A stretch of DNA of 60,684 nucleotides from Deltaproteobacteria bacterium (GCA_020845775.1 JADLFC010000121.1:1-60684), one strand, 5' to 3'; positions 39,578 through 49,223 are shown, counted from the stretch's first letter. The notes: generated by a model not told the origin, from the sequence alone. Translations and numbers: made by a program.

Positions 39578-40327
39578 ATGTTAGTACCGAAGGAAATAAG
39601 TCGTACTGCTGTGCTTTCCGAAATTCCGTTGCCTCCGCGTGGCGAAACTTATGCCGTGCTCCCCACTGCTGTTTCTTCAAAAAATTTCTATAGACTTAGC
39701 AGCTCTAACCTTTACGCGCGAAACGAGCGCGTTCGCCTAACTTACGATGCGATCAAGCCGATTTTAGACTTTTCAGTTGCCATTGCTCTACTGATAGCTT
39801 TGCTGCCGTTATTTCTCGCCGTGGCCGTAGCAATAAAGCTAACATCGTCTGGGCCGGTAATATTGAAACAGAAACGGCTTACCAAAGATGGGCAGGTCTT
39901 TATTATGTACAAGTTTAGGACTATGAGAAACGATGCTGAACGCAACACCGGCGCAGTCTGGGCAAGCGAACATGACCCAAGAATTACTCCTCTGGGAAAA
40001 TATTTGCGAAATTTTAGACTTGACGAGCTCCCCCAGTTGCTAAACGTCATTTTTGGAGACATGAGCTTAATTGGCCCCAGGCCTGAACGTCCTGAACTAG
40101 CTTGTCAAATCGCCGAGAAAATTCCTGAATTTTATCGCCGACTAGAGGTAAAAGCAGGCATAACAGGTTTAGCACAGGTAGCTCATAGGTATGCCTCATC
40201 CCTGGATGATTACCAAACAAAAATGTTTTACGATATTAACTATGTAAACAACCGCTCATTTTTGCTAGATTTACTGATAGCGGCAAAAACTCTACGAGTT
40301 GTCATTACTGGCGCAGGAGCTCGGTAA
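39578..40327 (+). CDS. Polyprenyl-phosphate sugar phosphotransferase (bacterial sugar transferase, WbaP/EpsL-like small type)
   Basis: Single N-terminal TM, then KQKRLTKDGQVFIMYKFRTM, RLDELPQLLNV and SLIGPRPERPE motifs. Confidence 0.86.
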   Translation: MLVPKEISRTAVLSEIPLPPRGETYAVLPTAVSSKNFYRLSSSNLYARNERVRLTYDAIKPILDFSVAIALLIALLPLFLAVAVAIKLTSSGPVILKQKRLTKDGQVFIMYKFRTMRNDAERNTGAVWASEHDPRITPLGKYLRNFRLDELPQLLNVIFGDMSLIGPRPERPELACQIAEKIPEFYRRLEVKAGITGLAQVAHRYASSLDDYQTKMFYDINYVNNRSFLLDLLIAAKTLRVVITGAGAR

Positions 40328-40386
40328 AACTCTATTTAAGCGGGAGTGCGTTTTACCGATACTCGCATCGCATAACTATACATTCG

Positions 40387-41073
40387 ATGGCTAACAATTA
40401 TTTAACATTTTACAAGCAACTGCCGAAGCGTTTTGTCGAAATGGGAAGTGTTTGTCCCAGCTCGCGGTGGCTAGCAAAGGATATGGTTCGACCGCTTGCA
40501 GAAAAAGTCGGGGCCAAGAGAATTTTAGAGGTTGGGGCGGGAACTGGGCCATTTACGCGAAAAATTCTTGCAGAAATGGGCCCGGATGACACTTTATCAA
40601 TTTGCGAAATAAACGCTTTTCTACTCAATCAGCTAAAGAAAAGCCTCGAGGGAAACTCGCATTACCTTGCGCATAAGGATCGCATTGTCTTCGTAAGGGG
40701 CTCTATTGAAGATCTTCCTTCGCTTTATCCAGATGCGGAATTTGACGTCATTGTATCGGGTCTGCCGTTCTCTAACTTTTCGCCAAACGACGTCGAAAAT
40801 ATTTTAAACCTTTTGTGCAAGATGCTCGCTAAAAATGGATGTCTTTCTTTTTTCGAGTACATTGGGATTAGAAAATTTGGCAATTTTGCGCCGAGCGCAA
40901 AGCATCGAGCGCGAATTCGCGGCGTGGAATCTATAATTAGAAAATGGAAACTCGAAGCTAGCAGATCGGGAGCGGTAACGACTAATATTTCGCTTTTAAA
41001 CATACCGCCTGCACTGGCTGTCCACTACGTGCGAAGCGATGGGCCTAATTCCAATTCGCCCCTAGTCAATTAG
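40387..41073 (+). CDS. Class I SAM-dependent methyltransferase
   Basis: Motif I ILEVGAGTGPFTRKIL and an acidic loop ICEIN. 228 aa. Confidence 0.7.
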   Translation: MANNYLTFYKQLPKRFVEMGSVCPSSRWLAKDMVRPLAEKVGAKRILEVGAGTGPFTRKILAEMGPDDTLSICEINAFLLNQLKKSLEGNSHYLAHKDRIVFVRGSIEDLPSLYPDAEFDVIVSGLPFSNFSPNDVENILNLLCKMLAKNGCLSFFEYIGIRKFGNFAPSAKHRARIRGVESIIRKWKLEASRSGAVTTNISLLNIPPALAVHYVRSDGPNSNSPLVN

Positions 41074-41700
41074 TCCATGCTTTAAGGCAATATGAACGAG
41101 TTCGGCATTGCTATTTGCACTGAGCTTTTTCATAATGTTCGCTCTATGGCTATCCACAGTGCGCGGCGATATGTGAAGCTTTTTTGCGATTGCCTTATTC
41201 CGCTCGCCCTCACTCAATAACTTCATCACTTCTCGTTCTCTATCCGTTAAAACAGCAAGCGGAGAACAATCTTCTTCGCGGCTATTAATGCCGAAGCCCA
41301 GAATGGAGCTACAAACGCTTGGGCTTAAGTAATTCTTGCCAGCTAAAACAGCCGTGATCGCAAATTCCAGTTCGCTTGATTTTGCCGTCTTAGGAACGAA
41401 TCCATTGGCCCCCGCTCGCATTACTGCGCGAACTGAAGAATCATCGTCGTGTGCCGATAGAACTAAAATTTTGGTATCATTTTTTAGCTTTCTAAGACGA
41501 GAGATGGCCTCCATCCCGCCAAGGTTTGGCATCGAAAGATCTAGAATCAATATGTCAGGCATATATCTCTGCACCAGAGACACAACTTCAAAGCCATCTC
41601 CGGCCTCAGCGACTACCTCCACGTTCTCGAGACTACTAAGCAGTGCCCTTAAGCCCTGTCTAAGAACAACATGATCATCTGCTATAATTACACTTGCCAT
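41062..41700 (-). CDS. NarL/FixJ(LuxR)-family two-component response regulator
   Basis: Receiver domain (IIADDHVVLRQG, DILILDLSMPNLGG, the K in PKT) plus a C-terminal LuxR HTH (LTDREREVMKLLSEGERNKAIAKKLHISPRTVDSHRANIMKKL). Confidence 0.9.
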   Translation of the reverse strand: MASVIIADDHVVLRQGLRALLSSLENVEVVAEAGDGFEVVSLVQRYMPDILILDLSMPNLGGMEAISRLRKLKNDTKILVLSAHDDDSSVRAVMRAGANGFVPKTAKSSELEFAITAVLAGKNYLSPSVCSSILGFGINSREEDCSPLAVLTDREREVMKLLSEGERNKAIAKKLHISPRTVDSHRANIMKKLSANSNAELVHIALKHGLID

Positions 41701-41806
41701 TGAAACATTTGCCTGCCAATCATCAAAATCGATTTATTCTTCTAATTTACTCTATCGTCTTAGAACTACTCGAACTCCAGAGCTTTTCTCCACCTGAGAA
41801 TTACAT

Positions 41807-41822
41807 TGGTTCAACTCTTGCA
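41807..41822 (+). promoter_or_regulatory. Sigma-54-type promoter candidate (TGGTTC-N5-TTGCA)
   Basis: GG and GC are at the exact consensus spacing of TGGCAC-N5-TTGCW. It sits in the 438-bp gap upstream of the gene that leads into flgF. It is about 317 nt from the first ATG, which is long for a leader. Confidence 0.3.
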
Positions 41823-42138
41823 TAAGACTCTAGTAAACGGGCGAACTTGAGTTTTAGGCAGTAAGATCTTAGGCCATACTGCAAATCAACTAGAGGTGTG
41901 GCTGACTCAAGTTTAGAAATTACGGCACCTAACTATCTTCTTAATTATTAGCTAGTTAGAGTTTTTTGAGAGTAGTCTATGCGGTTACTAGTTTGGAATT
42001 ATGCGCAGGAGAACTCGAGTGATAAAGGCGATGTATTATGCCAAAACGCTGACATCTGCGAGCGACATAGACCGTTATATTGACACGCGGCTTAACTGCT
42101 ACGCGGCATAACTCGCCACTAGCATATAAGGAGGGCAA

Positions 42139-42987
42139 ATGGAGACAATACATTTTCAAAGCCTAGTCGACGCTGGTTTTGCAATATTTGTAACATTTGC
42201 TTGTCTAAAAATGCTTCTTCCTAGCAGCGCTAGCGGCGCATCGGCTCGCGACAAGTGGCGACAAGAGCTCTCCGAGGTCGAGCAATGCTTAACCGATCTA
42301 ATAAGAGAGGCAGCCGCTTCTAGCAGGAATCTCGATAGACAACTTCAAAAGCGCCAAGAGGAATTGAGCGATTTATTGGGACAACTCGAACGAGCGCAAA
42401 ACAGCAAGAAGGAAAAGCTGTCGACTAGCAGTTCTCTCCCAAGCGAAGATGAATTTCCCAACAGCACATGGCTTAGATCGCCAAATCAAACAATCTCGAC
42501 TGGCGCTATTAGCGATACGAATACCAGCCCGGCCTCAAACCCAACACAGCCTGACAGGAGAACTCCCAAAACCTCAAGAGAGCGCAGTCTCATGGAGTCA
42601 GTTGAAATTACGCGAGAAGTGAAGGCCTCCCTTGCAGAACAAAGCGACGACCGCCGCATGGCCTTCTCAATACCACCCTCCGGCAGCTCTCCCATCGTGG
42701 ATCCAATCGCATATAAAATCGCAAAGCGCCTTCTGGAAGAAGGCAAAGAAATTCACGTAGTCGCTCGCAAGCTAGACCTCCCCTTAGCCGAGGTAAGAGC
42801 TCTCGACAAACTAGTTTCTCGCCCGAGCCCAGAACCTATGCATAATTCCGAATACGTTAGGCAGTCTGGCAAGACTCTCTCTGAAATAAAAAAAGAGGAA
42901 AAGCACATAGATTTTTCGCGAACACAGATTGGCGAACTGCCCAATGCCACACAGGTCGACTTCAAACGCGAATCGGCACTTATATAA
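42139..42987 (+). CDS. Hypothetical membrane-anchored coiled-coil protein at the head of the flg block
   Basis: N-terminal TM (GFAIFVTFACLKMLL), a coiled-coil segment and a Ser/Pro-rich linker. The C-terminal segment IAKRLLEEGKEIHVVARKLDLPLAEVRALDKL looks HTH-like. Only 49 nt separate it from flgF. Confidence 0.5.
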   Translation: METIHFQSLVDAGFAIFVTFACLKMLLPSSASGASARDKWRQELSEVEQCLTDLIREAAASSRNLDRQLQKRQEELSDLLGQLERAQNSKKEKLSTSSSLPSEDEFPNSTWLRSPNQTISTGAISDTNTSPASNPTQPDRRTPKTSRERSLMESVEITREVKASLAEQSDDRRMAFSIPPSGSSPIVDPIAYKIAKRLLEEGKEIHVVARKLDLPLAEVRALDKLVSRPSPEPMHNSEYVRQSGKTLSEIKKEEKHIDFSRTQIGELPNATQVDFKRESALI

Positions 42988-43036
42988 ACTCGCAGCGAGA
43001 AACGATGAAGAATAACGGCACACATGGTAACAGAAA

Positions 43037-43798
43037 ATGAATAAGGACATTTACACTTCAGCATCGGGTGGCTTAGTTGCGAACCGGCGCATTGAAATAC
43101 TTAGCAACAACTTGGCAAACGTAAGTACGGTTGGCTTTAAAGCACAACGACTCATCTCTCGCGCACAATCCTTTGATGAGACCCTTGCGAACGCCTTGTC
43201 GAACATGCCGCAAAATGCTGCAGCGAACTTCGAACGCGCCCCAGGGGTAATAAATGTTGGGACATCTACGGATTTCTCCCCCGGTCCTATTGCAGAAACT
43301 GGAAATGGCCTGGATGTGGCGCTTCGAACTCCTAATCACTTTTTTGCCATCCAAACTCCCGATGGCGAAGCGTACACTAGAGCAGGTAATTTTGCGCTCA
43401 ATGCCGACGGCACCCTGGTAACCCAAGACGGTTTGCCCGTATCCGGAGAAGGCGGCGCAATATCAATTGGACAAGCAACTCAACCGCAAATTCTTGCAAA
43501 TGGAAACGTAATAGCGGCTGGACAAATAGTTGGACGCCTAAAAACCGTTGCAATTGATAATCTAGAAAGCCTTAGCAGAATCGGCTCAACTAGATTTAAA
43601 ATATCAGGTAACGGTCGTGCGACCGCCGTAGAGGCGGACGTCGTGCCACATTCGCTAGAAATGCCAAATGTTTCGGTCATCGAGGCAATGGTTGAAATGA
43701 TATCGGCTCAACGAGCCTTCGAAGCGTACACAAAAACAGTTAGAGAAATCGATGACTTAAACGACAGAGCAATAAGATCAGCAGCAACTCGCGTATAA
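43037..43798 (+). CDS. flgF: Flagellar basal-body rod protein FlgF
   Basis: 253 aa. N-terminal rod signature (SNNLANVSTVGFK) and the C-terminal MVEMISAQRAFEAYTK motif. Confidence 0.85.
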   Translation: MNKDIYTSASGGLVANRRIEILSNNLANVSTVGFKAQRLISRAQSFDETLANALSNMPQNAAANFERAPGVINVGTSTDFSPGPIAETGNGLDVALRTPNHFFAIQTPDGEAYTRAGNFALNADGTLVTQDGLPVSGEGGAISIGQATQPQILANGNVIAAGQIVGRLKTVAIDNLESLSRIGSTRFKISGNGRATAVEADVVPHSLEMPNVSVIEAMVEMISAQRAFEAYTKTVREIDDLNDRAIRSAATRV

Positions 43799-43842
43799 AA
43801 TGACCGCTAGAGAGCATCTTACAGTAAGGAGAGATAACAACT

Positions 43843-44631
43843 ATGCTTAGATCACTATTTACAGCCGCCACTGGCATGCTGGCTCAACAGCTAAATTTGG
43901 ATGTAATCGCTAACAACCTAGCTAACGTCAACACCAGCGGCTTTAAAAAGAGCCGCGCTGATTTTCAGGACTTGATGTACCAAATCATGCAAGAACCTGG
44001 TAGCTCAGCCACTCAGCAGGGCACCAGCCCCACAGGAATACAGGTAGGCTTGGGCGTTCGCCCAGAAGCCGTTGGCAAAATCTTTTCCCAGGGCGACTTT
44101 GAGTCCACTGGTCATCAACTGGATATGGCCGTCGAGGGCGAGGGCTTTTTCCAGATAACACTTCCCAACGGCAACACCGCCTACACGAGAAGCGGAGCTT
44201 TTAAATTAAACGAGGAGGGAGCTGTAGTTAATTCAGATGGCTTTCAACTAGAGCCAGCAATTACAATTCCACCGGATGCTCTTAGCATTACCATAGCAAG
44301 CGACGGCATAGTAACAGTTAGACAGCCCGGCGCAACCGCGCCAACGCAGGTAGGGCAAGTGCAAACGGTGCGATTTCAAAATGCGGCTGGCTTGCGCGCT
44401 TCCGGCAGAAATCTATACGAGGAGACCGAATCTTCGGGAACTGCCTCGGCTGGAACTCCCGGCGAAGATGGCTTTGGCACCATTGCTCAAGGATTCTTAG
44501 AGAGTTCCAATGTTAGCGTAGTAGAAGAAATTGTAAAAATGGTGACGGGACAGCGCGCCTACGAAGCAAATTCCAAGGTAATTCAAACCGCTGATCAAAT
44601 CCTGTCTAATGCAGTTAATATTAAGAGATAA
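43843..44631 (+). CDS. flgG: Flagellar distal rod protein FlgG
   Basis: 262 aa. [35 protein letters not shown] and C-terminal [29 protein letters not shown]. Confidence 0.93.
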   Translation: MLRSLFTAATGMLAQQLNLDVIANNLANVNTSGFKKSRADFQDLMYQIMQEPGSSATQQGTSPTGIQVGLGVRPEAVGKIFSQGDFESTGHQLDMAVEGEGFFQITLPNGNTAYTRSGAFKLNEEGAVVNSDGFQLEPAITIPPDALSITIASDGIVTVRQPGATAPTQVGQVQTVRFQNAAGLRASGRNLYEETESSGTASAGTPGEDGFGTIAQGFLESSNVSVVEEIVKMVTGQRAYEANSKVIQTADQILSNAVNIKR

Positions 44632-44640
44632 TGTAAAGCC

Positions 44641-45687
44641 ATGCAACTTGCACGAAAGACTTCGCTCATGCACTTGCTTTTTAAAAGATTGCTTCGCCCT
44701 AGATGCTGCTGTCTCGCAGTTGCTCTTGTTGTGATATATATGCCGTTTTGGGCGATCGCCGAGGAAGGTAGTTCGCAGGCGAATTCGGAACGACCCACGC
44801 TAGTAATTAACAATGTAGTAACCATCAATGCCAGTGAACTCACCTTAGGCGACGTGGGACAAATAAAATCAGCAAGCGTCACCGACAATGATTTGGCAAA
44901 TAGGCTACGCGCTGTGAAGCTCGGCCCTGCTCCGACTCCGGGCTCCTCCCTAGTTTTGTTAGGCGATAACATTCTTCAGTCCATCAACAGTAGCGGAATA
45001 GACAGCGAAACAATAGGCTATTTCATTCCAGCTAAGGTGAGAGTAGAAAGGTCCGGACGGCAGCTCTTGCCTGCTGAAGTCTTAGACATTGTGCGAGCTA
45101 AGTTACACATTAACGGCAAGAGCGATTTAAGAGTGCGCGAGGTTAAATTTCCCGAGAGCTACATAATACCGAATGGCCCAACGCGCATTGCGGTAGAAGC
45201 ATTGGGGCAACCATCGGGCGGCATAGTACCTTTAAGGATTGAAGTTTACGTTGCCGAACAAAGCGCGGCTCGCTTTCTCGCTTCGGCGGTCGTCGATTAT
45301 TGGACGGATATTCCCGTACTAGCGAGAGACATCGAGAGAGGAATGCTAATTGAGCATGACGATCTGCAAATAGTCAGGCTTAACCGAAATAAGTTTGCAG
45401 ATAATATTGTAGACAATTCGGAATCCATAATAGGCCGTCGGGCAAAGGCACATTTGCGAGCTGGCGAGCCTCTGCGAAGCAACCTCATAGATATCCCAGC
45501 AGTTGTTTCCAAAGGGGCTCGAATCTCGGTAATCTACAATGCTGCCGGCATAAATGCGTCCGTTACGGCAATAGCCATGGAGGATGGATTAAAAGGTGAG
45601 ACCATCCGCTTTAGGAATGATAGCTCGAACAAAGTAATTAAAGCAATTGTGAAGAGTCCACAGCATGCGGAGGTGGCAAATCCATGA
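44641..45687 (+). CDS. flgA: Flagellar P-ring assembly chaperone FlgA (long form)
   Basis: Position between flgG and flgH. C-terminal SAF-like region (RRAKAHLRAGEPLRSNLI ... VVSKGARISVIY ... ALEDG-like MEDGLKGETIRFRN). 348 aa is longer than typical. Confidence 0.75.
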   Translation: MQLARKTSLMHLLFKRLLRPRCCCLAVALVVIYMPFWAIAEEGSSQANSERPTLVINNVVTINASELTLGDVGQIKSASVTDNDLANRLRAVKLGPAPTPGSSLVLLGDNILQSINSSGIDSETIGYFIPAKVRVERSGRQLLPAEVLDIVRAKLHINGKSDLRVREVKFPESYIIPNGPTRIAVEALGQPSGGIVPLRIEVYVAEQSAARFLASAVVDYWTDIPVLARDIERGMLIEHDDLQIVRLNRNKFADNIVDNSESIIGRRAKAHLRAGEPLRSNLIDIPAVVSKGARISVIYNAAGINASVTAIAMEDGLKGETIRFRNDSSNKVIKAIVKSPQHAEVANP

Positions 45688-46550
45688 ATACTGCACGGCT
45701 TTTTTTATCGCTTTCACTGCTCTTGTCAAGTTGTGCCTACAACCGGGCACCGGCAGAGCGCATAGTGCCAGCAGAGGAATTTGCTAAGGCAATGCACTCA
45801 GGCAGCGCAAGCGATTTTTCCATATTCAAGGTAAGCAACCGCGAGGCAGCTCCAACAGCACTCCTAGAAAAAGCCCGGTTCAATTTAGACTCCTCCAGTC
45901 TGCAACCACCGCCGCCGCCACTACCTCCGGCGAGCACACTGCCACCGGGTAGCTCCTCGCCATATCACAACGGCCAAATGCGAGCGAATCCTTCTCTTTG
46001 GCCGGATGAAGGACAGGCTACATCGCTATTTCGCGATTTTAGAGCCTATCAGCCCATGGACATCATTACGATACTTATCAAAGAATCCCAAGAAGGCAAA
46101 AAGCTTGCAGAAACTGAGACTGAAGGGAAGTTCTCACTTGCTGCTGGCATAAAGGAATTATTCGGTCTGGAAACGAAACATTGGACAGCAAACAATACTA
46201 GCTTAGATCCAGAAGAACTCATCAATGCTACGACCGATATAAAATTCGAGGGCGATGGTGAGACCAAGCGTTCGGGGACATTGTCAGGAACCGTATCGGC
46301 AGTCATTATGGAAGTACTTCCTAACGGCTTGCTCAGAATAGAAGGAACAAAGATTATATCAGTTAACAGCGAGGAGGAGATACTCGTTATTAGCGGACTA
46401 GTCCGAACACAAGATGTCAATGCAAATAATCAGGTTCCGTCGAACAAGATTGCCAACATGAGGATAGATTTTTATGGACGCGGCATAGTGACCGAGCAAC
46501 AAAAGCCAGGGTGGGGCGCGAGAATATTTGAATTCGTTTGGCCATTTTAA
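45684..46550 (+). CDS. flgH: Flagellar L-ring lipoprotein FlgH
   Basis: Lipobox LLLSSCAY. Conserved FlgH core (RAYQPMDIITILI, GTLSGTVSAVIMEVLPNGLLRIEGTK, ISGLVRTQDV). Contains a Pro-rich insert. Confidence 0.88.
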   Translation: MNTARLFLSLSLLLSSCAYNRAPAERIVPAEEFAKAMHSGSASDFSIFKVSNREAAPTALLEKARFNLDSSSLQPPPPPLPPASTLPPGSSSPYHNGQMRANPSLWPDEGQATSLFRDFRAYQPMDIITILIKESQEGKKLAETETEGKFSLAAGIKELFGLETKHWTANNTSLDPEELINATTDIKFEGDGETKRSGTLSGTVSAVIMEVLPNGLLRIEGTKIISVNSEEEILVISGLVRTQDVNANNQVPSNKIANMRIDFYGRGIVTEQQKPGWGARIFEFVWPF

Positions 46551-46553
46551 AAT

Positions 46554-47684
46554 ATGACACTTGCAATAAGGAAAGCTAAGGGGAAGCTACGAACTGTTTT
46601 TGTTCTAGCAATCGCTGTTTTGCTGCTGACGACAGCCAACACTGCGCTTGCCGCGCGACTAAAGGACGTAGCCGACATAGAGGGAGTGCGTGGCAATCAC
46701 TTGGTGGGCTTCGGAATTGTAGTAGGTTTGCAGGGGACGGGGGATCAAAAGAGCGCCTTTACTAACCAAAGCATTGCCAACTTAATGGAGCGCCTGGGTC
46801 TTAGGGTCGACGTGAAGGAAATAAGCAAACTCGGAAATACTGCTGCCGTTATTGCCACTGCAGAGTTGCCGCCGTTTGCGCGACCTGGATCAAAAATCGA
46901 CGTTACGTTATCTTCTGTTGGCAACGCATCTACATTGCAGGGCGGAACTTTGCTAATGACACCTCTTAGGGGCGCAGATGGCAAAGTATATGCCGTTTCG
47001 CAAGGGCCAATATCCTTGGGAGGCTTTGTAATCCAAGGAGATGGAGACTCGACACAAAAGAACCATCCCACTGTTGCGCGAATTGCTAAAGGTGCGACCG
47101 TTGAAAGGGCAATCCCATTTGACTTGTTTTCTAGCGGTTCCGTTCGCATAGTGCTGAGAGAACCAGATTTTGTCACAGTAACTCGAGTTCAGGACGCAGT
47201 GAACAGGTTTGTCGGCATTGGAAGAGCCAAAGCTATAGATAGCGCAAGTGTGCTCCTTCCATTAGACGAGCTAACTGCTAAAGCACCGATACATCTAATC
47301 GCTAGATTAGAAGAACTTGAAATCGATCCCGACCTCCCGGCACGAGTGGTAATAAACGAGCGGACTGGAACGATAATTATGGGAGAAAGCGTAAGGGTAT
47401 CTACGGTGGCGCTAGCGCACGGAAACCTAAACATTACGATTTCTTCCGAAACACAAGTCTCGCAACCAAATGCTTTTGGCCAGGGAGCAACGGCCATAGT
47501 TGAGCAACAGGACATTGCAGTTGCAGAGGATAGTGGACAGCTAACTATCGTCAAGGAATCGGTAAGTCTTGGCGAGCTCGTAACCGCACTTAACAGCCTG
47601 GGGGCAACGCCTAGAGATTTAATAGCTATCTTCCAAGCTTTAAAGAAAGCAGGAGCGCTCCATGCGGAGCTAGTGGTGATGTAG
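46554..47684 (+). CDS. flgI: Flagellar P-ring protein FlgI
   Basis: 376 aa. RLKDVADIEGVRGNHLVGFGIVVGLQGTGD and C-terminal ATPRDLIAIFQALKKAGALHAELVVM. Confidence 0.93.
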   Translation: MTLAIRKAKGKLRTVFVLAIAVLLLTTANTALAARLKDVADIEGVRGNHLVGFGIVVGLQGTGDQKSAFTNQSIANLMERLGLRVDVKEISKLGNTAAVIATAELPPFARPGSKIDVTLSSVGNASTLQGGTLLMTPLRGADGKVYAVSQGPISLGGFVIQGDGDSTQKNHPTVARIAKGATVERAIPFDLFSSGSVRIVLREPDFVTVTRVQDAVNRFVGIGRAKAIDSASVLLPLDELTAKAPIHLIARLEELEIDPDLPARVVINERTGTIIMGESVRVSTVALAHGNLNITISSETQVSQPNAFGQGATAIVEQQDIAVAEDSGQLTIVKESVSLGELVTALNSLGATPRDLIAIFQALKKAGALHAELVVM

Positions 47685-47699
47685 CAAGGAATTACATCT

Positions 47700-48056
47700 A
47701 TGTCTAAAATTGAGGCACTTTCTGCCGCTGATTCAGCCTCTATAGCAATGCTATCTCAAGGGACCGCGTCTCTTGAAAAGGCAAAAGTGCTGGCAAATCA
47801 AGCAAGTAGCAAAGAGGCTGAAGTTGAAAAGGCCGCTAGCGATTTTGAGGCCCTATTATTGCACCAGATGTTTAAGGTTATGTGGGAGACGGTTGAAACC
47901 ACGGGACTTTTTGGAGAAAATTCCAACGAAGGGCAAATATATCGGGATATGCTGAATCAGGCGATTGCCGAATCCGCATCCCAAGGAAAAGGCATAGGGG
48001 TTAAAGATATGCTAAGAAAAGAACTCACTAAGGCCAATAAAGCATCTGAACGATAA
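47700..48056 (+). CDS. flgJ: Rod-binding protein (FlgJ N-terminal domain only, no muramidase domain)
   Basis: 118 aa. AASDFEALLLHQMFKVMWET plus a downstream MLNQAIAESASQGKGIG pattern of the Rod_binding domain. It occupies the flgJ slot after flgI. Confidence 0.75.
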   Translation: MSKIEALSAADSASIAMLSQGTASLEKAKVLANQASSKEAEVEKAASDFEALLLHQMFKVMWETVETTGLFGENSNEGQIYRDMLNQAIAESASQGKGIGVKDMLRKELTKANKASER

Positions 48057-48158
48057 CTCAGTATAGGTTATTTGTTAAGCAAACCTAGGCATAACTATTA
48101 TTAGAGCAAATCTATGCTATAATTAACTTGATAACCTAGTAGCTACGGAGAGACGAAG

Positions 48159-48470
48159 ATGAGAATAAGCGACATTTTTAGAAGACATAGCCTAGACCAA
48201 ACTACAGCTAAAAATAGCGCACAACAGGCGAAGGACGAGCGCGAGAGTTCTAACAGTAGCGCGATCGCTAGTAACTCTGACGATAGAGTTAGCATCTCAC
48301 CTATGGCGAGGCAGTTTGCACAAATTTCTAAAATCGTTGCGGAAGACGAAGAAAAACAAAGTTCAAGAGTTGAAGACTTAAAGAGAAAAATTGCTGCGGG
48401 TGAATACTCCGTATCGAGTTCAGATGTAGCTAACTCAATTTTATCTTTTGCCAAAGACGAAAACGCTTAA
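48159..48470 (+). CDS. flgM: Anti-sigma-28 factor FlgM
   Basis: 103 aa. C-terminal RVEDLKRKIAAGEYSVSSSDVANSILSF. Followed by a flgN-like gene with a TAATG overlap. Confidence 0.75.
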   Translation: MRISDIFRRHSLDQTTAKNSAQQAKDERESSNSSAIASNSDDRVSISPMARQFAQISKIVAEDEEKQSSRVEDLKRKIAAGEYSVSSSDVANSILSFAKDENA

Positions 48471-48973
48471 TGGATCCGTTTAAGAACTTGCTCCATTGCT
48501 TAAAGGCCGAACTTACAAAACAAGAGGAATTCTTGCGGCTTCTCACAAAGGAGCGAACGGCCATAGTAAAATGCGACACAGCGGAATTAGAGAGCACTAA
48601 CGTAAAAAAACTTGACCTCATTAATGCCGCGCAAGAGCTGGAGAAAAAACGAAACACTATTATCTCCTCACTTCTGTCGAGTGAGCAAACGCTCGAACAG
48701 ATTAAACTTTCGGAGATCGTCACGAAGTGCCCCTCAGTGGGAACTCAAAGAGAACTCGATAAAATTCGAAGCGATTTAAGAAATATCGTATCGGCAGTCT
48801 GCGCGCTCAACGCAGAAAATGCCGACTTAATTAAGAATTCACTTGGACTAGTAACTTCGACTCTGGCAATTGTGCAATGTGCGCCGGGTGGCGATTTGCC
48901 AACATACAGTAAGGAGGGCAAACTCTCTAGTCACGAAGAGACTTCTCTAAAACGCAGCAGAACCAGTGCCTAG
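48470..48973 (+). CDS. flgN: FlgN-like flagellar export chaperone
   Basis: 167 aa, helical. LLHCLKAELTKQEEFLRLLTKERTAIVKCDTAELESTNVKKLDLINAAQELEKKR fits the FlgN pattern. Positioned between flgM and flgK. Confidence 0.6.
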   Translation: MDPFKNLLHCLKAELTKQEEFLRLLTKERTAIVKCDTAELESTNVKKLDLINAAQELEKKRNTIISSLLSSEQTLEQIKLSEIVTKCPSVGTQRELDKIRSDLRNIVSAVCALNAENADLIKNSLGLVTSTLAIVQCAPGGDLPTYSKEGKLSSHEETSLKRSRTSA

Positions 48974-49144
48974 CCATTATAATTAGGCAGCGATTCATGC
49001 AGACTAATTTTCCCCGCTAGCAGGCAAATATTTTCCTCCACCATAATTAATACCTCGCAATCTAACGTCCGGCATTAGACAGCACACGGTCTAACTCCCC
49101 GTACATAATGCCTTTTCTAATTCGCTTGTCAATTCAACAGTAAA

Positions 49145-49160
49145 TTGCACACCTCTTGCA
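49145..49160 (+). promoter_or_regulatory. Sigma-54-like promoter candidate upstream of flgK (TTGCAC-N5-TTGCA)
   Basis: Exact -24/-12 spacing, but the first G of the GG dinucleotide is a T. It lies 64 nt upstream of the flgK ATG. Confidence 0.3.
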
Positions 49161-49223
49161 ATAAAACGAGAAGGGATTCCCGCACGACTATAAACTGCAC
49201 AGATTAGAAGGAACTAGTAAATC

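Noticed and set aside
48115-48123. TGcTATAAT extended -10 box upstream of flgM as a repeat remnant or firm promoter call
   Set aside because: It is a perfect extended -10 located 36 nt before the flgM ATG and resembles the repeat terminus (aaatgctata). However, there is no other repeat similarity around it and no supporting -35 box. It is plausible as a promoter but unsupported, so it is not listed as a feature.
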